Shown piece by piece: positions 9,173 to 17,642 of a stretch of DNA of 64,000 nucleotides. Made by a program: the position numbers and the translations under genes. The stretch spans positions 1 to 64,000 of IMG/VR virus record IMGVR_UViG_3300046616_000242; one strand, written 5' to 3'. Within the stretch, counting starts at the first letter, position 1. The number at the start of each line of letters is the position of its first letter. The notes under the pieces were generated by a model that was not told where the DNA came from, searched no databases, and saw nothing but the letters and a program-made list of their open reading frames with translations. The DNA is from a virus.

Positions 9173-10027
9173 TCAGCCCTTCCCCTGCTTCCACCGGTCG
9201 ATCGTAGGCAGGTTGTCGTTGCCCACATTGCACACCGTGCGCACGGCCATCTCCAGGTTGTAGCCACCCCGGAGCGACTGGTCGAGCATGTCGATGGTCT
9301 TACGTGCGGTGTCCTGGTCCCGGTAGCGCCAGCCCAGGACCCCGAACTCGTGGTCGTGCTCGGGGTCCACCACGGAGGCTCCCCAGCACGTCATGGAGAC
9401 GGTCTTTCCGTCCACGACGGTCTGCTCGTTGTCGTACCGCTTGACGTTCACACGTACGCCACCGGCAACCGTCACCGTGTCGACGGTCTCACCGCGCACC
9501 ATGTCCCCGAACGACATCTCCTCCATGCTGGCGTACCCGAAGATCGCATAGAACGGCGGCAGCCCCTCCAGCAGGCCACGCCTCCACCGCGCGCGCCGGA
9601 GGTCGCCCATGGAGTGCCAGAGCGACAGCTCCCCTAGCAACTGGTCGGTGAGGTCATAGTGCCCCACCTTGACGACCCGGTTGTCGGTGACCTTGCCCTT
9701 GCGCTTCGATGTGAGCGCAGCGCGACCGTCCTGGCCGTTGTCAGTGCGGAAGACGGCGGACCTCTCGGTGATGTTCGTGACGATCTTCCGACGGCTCCAG
9801 TTCGGGTACCGCTCCTCGATGATGTCGCCGACGACCAGCTCGCGCACGGGCACCTCGCCGGGCTTGAGAACGGGCTGCTTCTTCGCTGCCATCTGTTCCT
9901 GCTGGCGGATACGCGGGGCGAGGAAGTCGAACCACATGCGGGACTGCGCTTCCGCCTTGGGCCTGCTCCAGCCGTGCTGGACCATGTACGCGCGCAGCTC
10001 TTCGATGACCTCTTCATCGGTGGCCAT
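9173..10027 (-). CDS. Hypothetical protein
   Basis: 284 aa ORF with GAGGAG RBS. Confidence 0.8.
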   Translation of the reverse strand: MATDEEVIEELRAYMVQHGWSRPKAEAQSRMWFDFLAPRIRQQEQMAAKKQPVLKPGEVPVRELVVGDIIEERYPNWSRRKIVTNITERSAVFRTDNGQDGRAALTSKRKGKVTDNRVVKVGHYDLTDQLLGELSLWHSMGDLRRARWRRGLLEGLPPFYAIFGYASMEEMSFGDMVRGETVDTVTVAGGVRVNVKRYDNEQTVVDGKTVSMTCWGASVVDPEHDHEFGVLGWRYRDQDTARKTIDMLDQSLRGGYNLEMAVRTVCNVGNDNLPTIDRWKQGKG

Positions 10028-10040
10028 GGTGTGCTACTCC

Positions 10041-10283
10041 TCAGACTCGGGTGGTGGCGTTGTCAACGCGCGGGCATCCCTGGGCAATGTAGTCCTGCCA
10101 ACTGACAAGGCTGTTGCGCGTCGCCTGGATGCGGGTCATGAGGATGCGCTGGCGGGCTGCCCTGGACTCCTTGCGCCAGCGGCTCTCCAGGACTTTCAGC
10201 GATTTCTCGCGCTGCCTGATCAGCTCGTCGGCGGCCTCCTGGCGCTCGGCCAGCAGTACGGATCGGAACGGACTGCCTGCCAT
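10041..10283 (-). CDS. Small basic coiled-coil protein
   Basis: 80 aa ORF, GGAGGAG RBS, TTGACA at 10343-10348. Confidence 0.7.
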   Translation of the reverse strand: MAGSPFRSVLLAERQEAADELIRQREKSLKVLESRWRKESRAARQRILMTRIQATRNSLVSWQDYIAQGCPRVDNATTRV

Positions 10284-10372
10284 CTGCTCCTCCTGGTGTG
10301 GGGTGCGTTGTCAGACAACAGTTAAGGGGACCGCTCGACAGTTGTCAAGCGATCCCCTCAAAGTGCTTGCGA

Positions 10373-10615
10373 TCAGTAGTCCTCGTCCCAGCGCTCGCCC
10401 GCGTACGTCGGGTCGAAGCCGGTCGGCGGGACGTCGGAGAACGGCGCGTACCGGGCGACGATCTCCTCCTGCTTCTTCAGCCGTGCCGACCAGTGGGCGG
10501 CGCAGCGCGGGAAGGACTTGCCCGTACCGGACAGCGGGTCACGGAACTCCACGGGGCCGCTGCACGCGCCCGTGTTGTCCTCCAGGCACTTCAGCTCTTC
10601 GGGCTGCTCGGTCAT
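10373..10615 (-). CDS. Small Cys/His actinophage-type protein
   Basis: CLE...CSGPVE...SGTGKSFPRCAAH; C-terminal FDPTYAGERWDEDY. Confidence 0.7.
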   Translation of the reverse strand: MTEQPEELKCLEDNTGACSGPVEFRDPLSGTGKSFPRCAAHWSARLKKQEEIVARYAPFSDVPPTGFDPTYAGERWDEDY

Positions 10616-10632
10616 GACGTGCTCCTCGTGGG

Positions 10633-10983
10633 TCAGACGCTGAGTTCCAGGGAGTCCGGCGAGGTCGGCGCGGGCTCCTTCGGGCGGAAGTGCTCGACGA
10701 CGTCCCTCACCCACTGCGGGGTGTCGTCGTTCTCCAGGGAGAAGGAGGTCAGGTGCTCAACCTGTCCCGGCGTACCGTCCTGCTTCAGCAGGACCCCGAT
10801 GACCGGCAGGGACGCGGTCGTCCACTCGCCGTTGCTCGGCCAGTAGGTCAGGTGGAACCGGACGACCTTCATCTCCTTGTCCTTGGCCCGGCCCGAGTAG
10901 GCCCCGGTGGGGATGGTCGGACCGTCCTCGACGGGGACGAAGACCTCGCGGCGGGTGGTCCAGTTGGTGGGGATGATCTTCAT
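10633..10983 (-). CDS. Hypothetical protein
   Basis: 116 aa ORF behind conserved leader. Confidence 0.75.
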   Translation of the reverse strand: MKIIPTNWTTRREVFVPVEDGPTIPTGAYSGRAKDKEMKVVRFHLTYWPSNGEWTTASLPVIGVLLKQDGTPGQVEHLTSFSLENDDTPQWVRDVVEHFRPKEPAPTSPDSLELSV

Positions 10984-11145
10984 GGTGGTGCTCCTCCTGA
11001 TGCGGGGTGGGTAGTCAGTGCTGGGGGGTAGCTGCGTCGTCCGTCGGGGCCCAGTAGTGGCCCTTGTAGACGTGGGCCGGATAGCCGTCCTGCTCGACCT
11101 TCTTGATGTGGCCCTGGTAGGTGGTGGCCCTGCACTTACACACGA

Positions 11146-11331
11146 TCAGCCCTTCTCGGTCCGGGCCAGGATCTCCTCGGCCGGGGTGTAGTCGGTCTGC
11201 TCGTCCAGCTCGCGGAAGACGCCCGCGTTGTCCAGCGCCTCGAATGAGGTGATGGCCCGCTCGCTGTTGTCGCCGTCCCAGCCCTTGCGCAGCCAGGCCA
11301 GGGCCTCGATGACCTCGTTGCTGTACGCCAT
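11146..11331 (-). CDS. Hypothetical protein (MAYSNEVIEAL...)
   Basis: ATG 11331, GAGGAG RBS. Confidence 0.65.
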   Translation of the reverse strand: MAYSNEVIEALAWLRKGWDGDNSERAITSFEALDNAGVFRELDEQTDYTPAEEILARTEKG

Positions 11332-11333
11332 GA

Positions 11334-11738
11334 TCAGTTCTCCTCGTCGATGAGTTCGATGATGTCCGTGCTGGACAGCACCTTGGTTGCCGCGTTGTGC
11401 TGGGCCAGGGCCTGCGTGCCGTAGGTTCCGGTGTTGGCGTGCCGGGAGGTGCGCAGCCATTGGGTGATCTCAGCGCGCACCTTGTGTACGGCCTTCAGGA
11501 AGTCCTCGTGGCCGACCTCCTCCAGGGGGCCCCCGGCGGTCTCGTGGATCTCCAACCAGGAGACGGCGACGGCCTCGAAGTCGATGAGGCGGTCCAGGGT
11601 GTGCGAGGAGGTGGCTCGGCTGCCCTTCGCCAGGGGCTTGACCAACTCCCTGGACAGCTCCGCGCGGACGGCGGTCGCCTCCTTGACGGCGTCGCCGATA
11701 CGGCGCTCCAGGTACTTCGCGGTGGCCTTGGCGTCCAT
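11334..11738 (-). CDS. Hypothetical protein
   Basis: 134 aa ORF with RBS. Confidence 0.75.
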   Translation of the reverse strand: MDAKATAKYLERRIGDAVKEATAVRAELSRELVKPLAKGSRATSSHTLDRLIDFEAVAVSWLEIHETAGGPLEEVGHEDFLKAVHKVRAEITQWLRTSRHANTGTYGTQALAQHNAATKVLSSTDIIELIDEEN

Positions 11739-11741
11739 GCC

Positions 11742-11888
11742 CTACTCCTGCTCTCGTATGGCTGCGTGCTTGGCAGTCTTGCGCGTGCGCTGCTTGCGGG
11801 GGCGGGAATCGTGGCCTCCGGCCGCTCCGCTGCGCCGACGCTCCTGGACGGCGCGGACATGCTCGGGGGTCTGCTGCTGGTCGTTCAC
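11742..11888 (-). CDS. Small basic protein (VNDQQQTPEHVRAVQERRRS...)
   Basis: 48 aa, GGAGG RBS, Arg/Lys-rich. Confidence 0.55.
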   Translation of the reverse strand: MNDQQQTPEHVRAVQERRRSGAAGGHDSRPRKQRTRKTAKHAAIREQE

Positions 11889-11957
11889 GGGTGCCTCCGG
11901 GGCCGTAGGGAAGATTCCAGGTTATGGCTTCTCCCCTACGGCTTCCGAGTTACGGCT

Positions 11958-12815
11958 CTACTTGCGGCGGGCCGCGCGCTTCTTGGCCTCGTCGATGACC
12001 ACCTCGGTGGTCTTGCCCTCCTTGTCCGCGACGGCCTCGGCGACCTTGTTCACGTCGCGGTGGGTGCCATCGTTGCCCCGCCACGTCTCGTACTGGTCGG
12101 CCAGCCAGGAGCGGGCGGCGGCCAGGGTCGCGATGGTCTCGAAGCGGTCGTGCGCAGGCTCGGTGACGATGCCGCTGCGGGTCTTGCGCTGACGCTCGGG
12201 GACGCGCCAGTCGAAGACCTCAAGCGGGGTGCCGTCGGGGTTGGCGATGGCCTTGGCGGCTTTCTTCGCGGCTGCCGCTGCCTTCTTGGCCTCACGCTCC
12301 AGGCGGGCGGCCTTGCGCTCCGGCGCCTCCAGCTTCGTCTTCTGCTTGAGGACGTCGACCGGGGCCCACGGGAAGCAGACGGTGCACGACTTCTCGCCCG
12401 CCAGGACGACCAGCTCCTCAGCCGACATGCCGGACTGCTCGACCAGCCACGCGTACCGGGTGGTGGGGAAGCAGGAGGCGCAGTGGGTGTCCTTGTGGAC
12501 GTGCCCGTTGGTGTTGTCGACCAGGTAGTACCGGGTCCAGCGACGCTCGTGGTACTGCGCCTCGCAGGGGTACACCTCGGCCTGAAGGATTCCCTGGATG
12601 CGCTCTTGGAGCGCTGCGATCTCGCCGACCAGCTTGGCGCGGTTCTCCGGGGAGTAGGCCGGGAGCATGGACTGGTAGGACCCGGGCTCGGCCTCGTCGA
12701 TGCGGGACACCGTGGCGGTGAGGCGGTGCTGCTGGCTGGTGAGGTCGGCGATCTTGCCGTAGGCGTTGGCGAGGACGGTGTCGACCTCGACGGGGGTGGC
12801 GGTGGTGAGGTTCAC
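11958..12815 (-). CDS. Hypothetical protein with His/Cys motifs
   Basis: GHVH...CASC...CTVCFP; leader at 12822. Confidence 0.8.
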   Translation of the reverse strand: MNLTTATPVEVDTVLANAYGKIADLTSQQHRLTATVSRIDEAEPGSYQSMLPAYSPENRAKLVGEIAALQERIQGILQAEVYPCEAQYHERRWTRYYLVDNTNGHVHKDTHCASCFPTTRYAWLVEQSGMSAEELVVLAGEKSCTVCFPWAPVDVLKQKTKLEAPERKAARLEREAKKAAAAAKKAAKAIANPDGTPLEVFDWRVPERQRKTRSGIVTEPAHDRFETIATLAAARSWLADQYETWRGNDGTHRDVNKVAEAVADKEGKTTEVVIDEAKKRAARRK

Positions 12816-12857
12816 CTGGTGCCTCCTGTTTCGGGGCGGTTGTTGCTGACAGGTAAG

Positions 12858-12886
12858 ACTCTATGGGGGCGACTACGCCTTGTCAA
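12858..12886 (-). promoter_or_regulatory. sigma70/HrdB-type promoter
   Basis: TTGACA-N17-TAGAGT. Confidence 0.75.
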
Positions 12887-13208
12887 TCGCAATCGGCGAA
12901 CCGCTTGCGTCGATGTACTGCTCGATGTCGTAGCCCATCTCCAGGGAGTTGAGGCGCTTCCTGCCGATGGCCTTGATGCGCAGTTCCAGGCGGGTGGACC
13001 AGTCGGCCACGTCGGCCGGGGAGAACGGGCCGATCTTGCACTGGCGCAGCCACAGGATGGGGTCGAAGCGGTCGCCCGTGCCGGTGAGGGCGTCGGCGAT
13101 GTTGAAGGCGATGTTGCGGCGGGCGTTGATGTCCTGGTCGTCCGAGTCGGCGATGGCGGCGGACAGGGTCTCGTAGTCGCTGCGGGACATGCTGCGGGGC
13201 GCGGGCAT
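12873..13208 (-). CDS. Hypothetical protein
   Basis: 111 aa ORF, GGAGGAG RBS. Confidence 0.75.
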   Translation of the reverse strand: MPAPRSMSRSDYETLSAAIADSDDQDINARRNIAFNIADALTGTGDRFDPILWLRQCKIGPFSPADVADWSTRLELRIKAIGRKRLNSLEMGYDIEQYIDASGSPIAIDKA

Positions 13209-13311
13209 GGCGGGCTCCTCCTGGTACGGGGATGGATGTTCGTGGGAAGGCTACGGGCCGCCCGGCTCAGGTGTCGAGTCGGACGGCCCGTACGCAGGGG
13301 GTGCGTCAGGA

Positions 13312-13542
13312 TCACGCGGCGGGGCGCTCCAGGTAGTACCACAGGCCGCTGTTCACCTGGACGGTGTAGCGGGCGCCGTCGGTGGACTCGATCAGCCGGG
13401 CCTTGGGGTAGGTCGCGAGGGCCTTCCAGGCGCGGTCGGCGTCCACGGGTACCATCTCCGTGCCGTTGTAGGCGCGGCAGTTGGTGAAGTCGGCCTTGAT
13501 GGCCTCGATCTTCTTCGTGGCGGTGCGGGCGATGGTGCGCAT
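13312..13542 (-). CDS. Hypothetical protein
   Basis: 76 aa ORF, AGGAG RBS. Confidence 0.7.
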   Translation of the reverse strand: MRTIARTATKKIEAIKADFTNCRAYNGTEMVPVDADRAWKALATYPKARLIESTDGARYTVQVNSGLWYYLERPAA

Positions 13543-13562
13543 GCTGGCGATCTCCTAGGGTC

Positions 13563-14417
13563 TCAGGCGGCGAGGGGGGTGCGCTGGCCGCCGATGGCCT
13601 TGGCGCTGCCGAGGCGGGCGGACTGGCCCGCGTTGTCACCGGCCACACGGGCGGTGGTGCTGTACGCGGTGGTGCGGCTGGAGCCCTTCCAGGAGCCCTT
13701 GGCGGTGGAGGCCTTCTCGTAGTAGGCGCCGATCTCCTTCTTCTTGTCGAAGAGGACCAGTTCGGCGGTCACCTCGATCTCGTACTCCACGCCGTTCTCA
13801 CCCGTGGTGGGCAGGGTGTAGACGTTCCCCTTGGCCGCCTCCAGGGCCTCCTGGCGGGCCTCCCACAGGCGCGAGGAGATGCGCCGGGTGAAGGCGTCGT
13901 AGAAGTTGGCTCGGGCGGTGCGGCCGTCCATCGAGCGCTCCTCCAGGTCCTTGTAGGTGCCCCAGTCGTCGCGCTTGGTCACCTGCCGCAGGACCTTCTC
14001 CTGCTTGTACTCGCCGGTCTTCAGCCAGGAGTTGGCGGCCTCGGTCATCTGGTAAAGCAGGGAGGCGTACAGGACCTCGACGACCTCGATGTCCGACGGC
14101 ATGCCGAAGGCGATGACGAAGGTGGAGTTCATCGCGATGTTGACCTTGACGTCGTTGTTGTCGGCGATGGCGATGAACAGGTTCACCAAGCGGGCGTTGT
14201 TGTTCTTGCGGGGCTGGCCGATGGTGATGTGCTTGTGGGTCGGCTGCTCGCGCTGCTCACGCTTGGCGGTGTGCTGCCGGGCCACGGCGAGGTCGATGCT
14301 GCCGAGGGTGGCCAGGGCCTGCGCCTTCTTCATGTAGGTCGCGGCCTCCTCGGGGCTGGAGGCGTTCTCGGCCTGGTTGAGGATCTTGGCCAGCTTGTCG
14401 AGCATGCGGTCAGCCAT
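13563..14417 (-). CDS. DUF2786-family protein
   Basis: N-terminal LDKLAKILNQAE...EEAATYMKKAQAL signature. Confidence 0.75.
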   Translation of the reverse strand: MADRMLDKLAKILNQAENASSPEEAATYMKKAQALATLGSIDLAVARQHTAKREQREQPTHKHITIGQPRKNNNARLVNLFIAIADNNDVKVNIAMNSTFVIAFGMPSDIEVVEVLYASLLYQMTEAANSWLKTGEYKQEKVLRQVTKRDDWGTYKDLEERSMDGRTARANFYDAFTRRISSRLWEARQEALEAAKGNVYTLPTTGENGVEYEIEVTAELVLFDKKKEIGAYYEKASTAKGSWKGSSRTTAYSTTARVAGDNAGQSARLGSAKAIGGQRTPLAA

Positions 14418-14456
14418 CGTGGGCTCCTCCTGTTGCGGGGGCGGTTGATGAGGTAG

Positions 14457-14485
14457 AACTTACGGGTTCACGAAACCCTTGTCAA
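14457..14485 (-). promoter_or_regulatory. sigma70/HrdB-type promoter
   Basis: TTGACA-N17-TAAGTT. Confidence 0.75.
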
Positions 14486-14506
14486 GCGATTTCCAGATGT
14501 TGCTTG

Positions 14507-15016
14507 CTAGGCCGCGACGAGGGCGCCGAAGGCGACACCGTTGCTGGCGAAGGCGTCGGTGAGCAGCAGGCCGACCTCGTCGCCGACCAGCTCCTTGACC
14601 AGGTGCAGGTAGGTGGAGACGAAATGCACGCCGTGGGACTCTCCGCCCCGGGCGAGGTGGTGGGCCAGCTCGTGGATGATGACCATCTCGCGCATGGCCC
14701 AGGAGATACCCTGCTTGTGGTCGGGCACCGCGATGACCCCGAGGCGGTAGGTGGCCCAGGAGGCACCCTTGCGGGCGCGGACCGTGACCGGCTGCGCGGC
14801 CTGCGTGGGCCAGGTGGCGCGTACCCAGTTCAGGCCGAGGACCTGGTCGATGTAGCGCTGGACGCCGTCGAGGTTGCCGAACTTACGCTCGTCGGGCAGG
14901 ACCAGGGTCGAGCCGTAGAAGTCGAAGGTGCGGGCGTCGGTCTTGGCGACGGTGGCCAGCACGTCCATGACGAGGTTTTCGGCGTTGTAGACCTTGCTCA
15001 TCTGGTTGTCTCGCAT
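14507..15016 (-). CDS. HExxH metallohydrolase, Rv0185/TIGR04338-like
   Basis: RDNQMSKVYNAE, LPDERKFG, WAMREMVIIHELAHH, HGVHF. Confidence 0.75.
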   Translation of the reverse strand: MRDNQMSKVYNAENLVMDVLATVAKTDARTFDFYGSTLVLPDERKFGNLDGVQRYIDQVLGLNWVRATWPTQAAQPVTVRARKGASWATYRLGVIAVPDHKQGISWAMREMVIIHELAHHLARGGESHGVHFVSTYLHLVKELVGDEVGLLLTDAFASNGVAFGALVAA

Positions 15017-15019
15017 GGC

Positions 15020-15373
15020 TCAGACCTCCTTGCCGGTGAGGGCGGCGAGGACCTTGCGCTTGGCCTCGGCGAGGCCGTGCTTGAAGCCCTCGGAGCGGAT
15101 CACGGCACCGATGCGCTCGGCTTCGCGGCGGGCGCTCCTCTCGGACATGCCCCCGTCCTCCAGCCGGACGGCGAGGTCGTTGATCTCCAACTGGGCCGTG
15201 CGGCCAGCTACGCCGACGATGGGGCGGCCCTTGTCGCGGCCCGCGTTGTAGATGTCGTCCAGTGCGCGGCGCAGGTCGTCGATGTTCAGGCCCTCTCCCT
15301 GGCCCACGAGGTTGAACACCTCGGTGTACTTCTTCTCCAGGGCGAGGTAGTCGCGGACGCTGCTGTCGGCCAT
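15020..15373 (-). CDS. Hypothetical protein
   Basis: 117 aa ORF behind conserved leader. Confidence 0.75.
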   Translation of the reverse strand: MADSSVRDYLALEKKYTEVFNLVGQGEGLNIDDLRRALDDIYNAGRDKGRPIVGVAGRTAQLEINDLAVRLEDGGMSERSARREAERIGAVIRSEGFKHGLAEAKRKVLAALTGKEV

Positions 15374-15418
15374 GGGGTGCTCCTCCTGCTGCGGGGGCGG
15401 TTGGTGTTGACAGGGAGA

Positions 15419-15483
15419 ACACTACTCCGAAAGCCGTAATCGTCAAGCCGTAATCTACATGACGTAACGAAGAAAGCCGTGAG
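15419..15483 (-). promoter_or_regulatory. Promoter at head of early region covered by four tandem AAGCCGTAAT-like boxes
   Basis: TTGACG-N16-TAGTGT; boxes at 15431, 15445, 15459, 15474. Confidence 0.7.
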
Positions 15484-15531
15484 CTGCATCACATGCGGCT
15501 CACGGCTTTCAGGTGTTGACCTTGTGGCGGA

Positions 15532-15915
15532 TTACTTGGTAGACGTTGGTGTTTCCGTCACCGTCCTCACAGGGCACGGAATCTTGACCTGCACGGAATG
15601 CGTATGTGCGAGCCCATATACAGGCGCGTACGGCGTAGCCGTGGACGTAGGTGTGACTGCGGGCGAAGGCCCGACCACTATGGACACCTTGCATGTGCCC
15701 GTGGTATCCGCCTTTGCTGGCGCCTCCGCGTAGCGGGTTACCGTGGCGACGGGCTGCGGATTGGAATCCCCCTCGGTTCTGGGAGAATCCGACTGGGAAA
15801 CTCCGGTATTAAGCCCGGCGGAATGCTGCTCGGGAATCACGGAAATTCCGATCGCAGGAATCGCGAGAAATCCGATGGCGATGAGGGCGGCCTTTACTCG
15901 GCGGAATCTGTTCAT
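15532..15915 (-). CDS. Secreted/membrane-anchored Thr/Pro-rich protein
   Basis: Signal-like N-terminus MNRFRRVKAALIAIGFLAIP. Confidence 0.6.
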   Translation of the reverse strand: MNRFRRVKAALIAIGFLAIPAIGISVIPEQHSAGLNTGVSQSDSPRTEGDSNPQPVATVTRYAEAPAKADTTGTCKVSIVVGPSPAVTPTSTATPYAPVYGLAHTHSVQVKIPCPVRTVTETPTSTK

Positions 15916-16061
15916 ACCAGCACCGTACCGTAGCCCTCGCAGGGGACACAGTCCGCTCCGTCGCGGTCCTCTCCAGTGCCGTAGCACCGCTTGCACTCGA
16001 CCTCTTCCGCCGCGCTGTCGCCGCCGTCGGCGAAAGACACTGCATGCACGTGCGCGCTCAT
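15912..16061 (-). CDS. Small DnaJ-type zinc-finger protein (49 aa)
   Basis: CKRCYGTG...CVPCEGYG. Confidence 0.65.
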   Translation of the reverse strand: MSAHVHAVSFADGGDSAAEEVECKRCYGTGEDRDGADCVPCEGYGTVLV

Positions 16062-16073
16062 GAGAAGTACTAA

Positions 16074-17612
16074 CTAACCTTCCTGGTTGTAGAAAGTTGG
16101 TACATCGACGATTTCCGCGTCGATGAATCCGCTGCCGGACTCGATCATCCGGTCCGCTGATACAGGGCGGTCGAGGGCGGTCATCTGCTCCCCGGCGTCC
16201 TTTCCGAACAGGCGACTGATCATACCGGCCTGGGCTCCGTTCCCCTTAGCCTCCAGTTTCACGGAGAAGGAATCCTGCTCCAGTTCGGTCTTCACCTTCA
16301 CCAGTTTCTGGAGCCGGTCGATCTCACCGGACAGGTTCGGATCCGCGTAGCCGCCGGTCATATCCTCGACCATCTTCATGAAGAAGACCCGCTGCGTCTG
16401 CATCTCGATGAGCGAATTCTGGAGCGAGGCCATCTGCTGCTTGCTCTTCACTTCGACCGGAATGTCGTACGCACAGTTCGCGTCCTTGTCGAAGGCCGGG
16501 CACTTCTGGGCCAGGAAGCACGCCGAGCACACCCGCATGGACTGCGAGCGGACGGTCACCAGCGGGACGTCGCGCTCCTTGTTCACGCCGTCGTCGGGGT
16601 CGGTGTAGACCTCCTTCTCCTGCACCACGCCGATGACCGGCAAGTTGGTACGCGCCCGCTCCCTGCGAGGGGTGGGAGTTGTTACGCCGTTGACCAGTTC
16701 TCCGGTGGTCGTATCAACTGTGCCCCCCTGCGTTTGAGAGAAAGCGGAGAGTATCCCTGAAGCGGAAGTAGTAACTGGATCGGCCTCGGGCGCACGGTGT
16801 TGCTCGATGGAGGCCGCGAGTTGCTGCCACGACCAGATGGTGAAGCGCAGTACCTCGTTGTTGTCGCCGTCCTCGATCTTGTCCGGGTCGAAGCCTGCTT
16901 CCTGGAAAAGAGTGCGGTGCCGCTTTCGGGCCTGGTCCTTGTATTTCTTCGGGTACCGCTTCAATTCCCGGCCGGTCCACACGATGGTGTCACCGTACTG
17001 CGAGGGGGAAATCCAGGAGGTGGACGCGACGGAATCCCAGGTGACCGCCGCCATTTCCGCAGGCTTCGTCATTGCGACGCCGTGGAGAAGGGTTCCGTAT
17101 TTCCGGGTGATCTCGTTTAGAACGGGAGCGAGATTCCGTCCGTCCAAATCCGTCTGAGTAATTCCGACACGCTTGTAGCGTTGCGCGAGGCGGTCGAGTT
17201 CATCGACGCCCCATTCCGCGTGCCAGATAGGAAGGAACTTGTCCTCCGGCAGGTCCTCCCAGAAATCCTCGCGCCGGGCCTCTATCCATTCCCGTCCGAG
17301 AACGACCGCGTCGAACTCGGACACCATATTAAGCGAGTCGATGTTCTGCTGGACGAAGGCTTCGTAGTGCGCGGCGATTTCCTTGAGTTCACCTATCGAG
17401 TACTTGTCGTCCTCGGCCTTGTTCACGGTGTAGGCACCGGAGTCGAGGAAAACCTTCTGGCCCTCCAGGTAGTGGTCCTCGATGAGCCACGGCCGGGAGA
17501 ACTTGGTGCGCCTCCGCAGCCCCATGTAGGACAGGGAGACGTTCTCGACGCCTTCCTCGGCCAGCATCTTGCGCCAGCCGGGGATCTCGGATCCGCCGAA
17601 GTACAGTTCCAC
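16074..17612 (-). CDS. TGT/DpdA-like TIM-barrel protein fused to C-terminal Cys-cluster/helical domain
   Basis: VFLDSGAYT, FLPIWH, LLHGVAMT, DSVASTSW...YG; CSACFLAQKCP...C. Confidence 0.6.
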   Translation of the reverse strand: MELYFGGSEIPGWRKMLAEEGVENVSLSYMGLRRRTKFSRPWLIEDHYLEGQKVFLDSGAYTVNKAEDDKYSIGELKEIAAHYEAFVQQNIDSLNMVSEFDAVVLGREWIEARREDFWEDLPEDKFLPIWHAEWGVDELDRLAQRYKRVGITQTDLDGRNLAPVLNEITRKYGTLLHGVAMTKPAEMAAVTWDSVASTSWISPSQYGDTIVWTGRELKRYPKKYKDQARKRHRTLFQEAGFDPDKIEDGDNNEVLRFTIWSWQQLAASIEQHRAPEADPVTTSASGILSAFSQTQGGTVDTTTGELVNGVTTPTPRRERARTNLPVIGVVQEKEVYTDPDDGVNKERDVPLVTVRSQSMRVCSACFLAQKCPAFDKDANCAYDIPVEVKSKQQMASLQNSLIEMQTQRVFFMKMVEDMTGGYADPNLSGEIDRLQKLVKVKTELEQDSFSVKLEAKGNGAQAGMISRLFGKDAGEQMTALDRPVSADRMIESGSGFIDAEIVDVPTFYNQEG

Positions 17613-17642
17613 GGGTTGTTTCTCCGAATCTGAATTGGTGGT

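Noticed and set aside
1808-14485. Recurrent TGTCAAG resembling the mycobacteriophage L5 stoperator core
   Set aside because: Better explained as minus-strand TTGACA -35 boxes with spaced -10 elements
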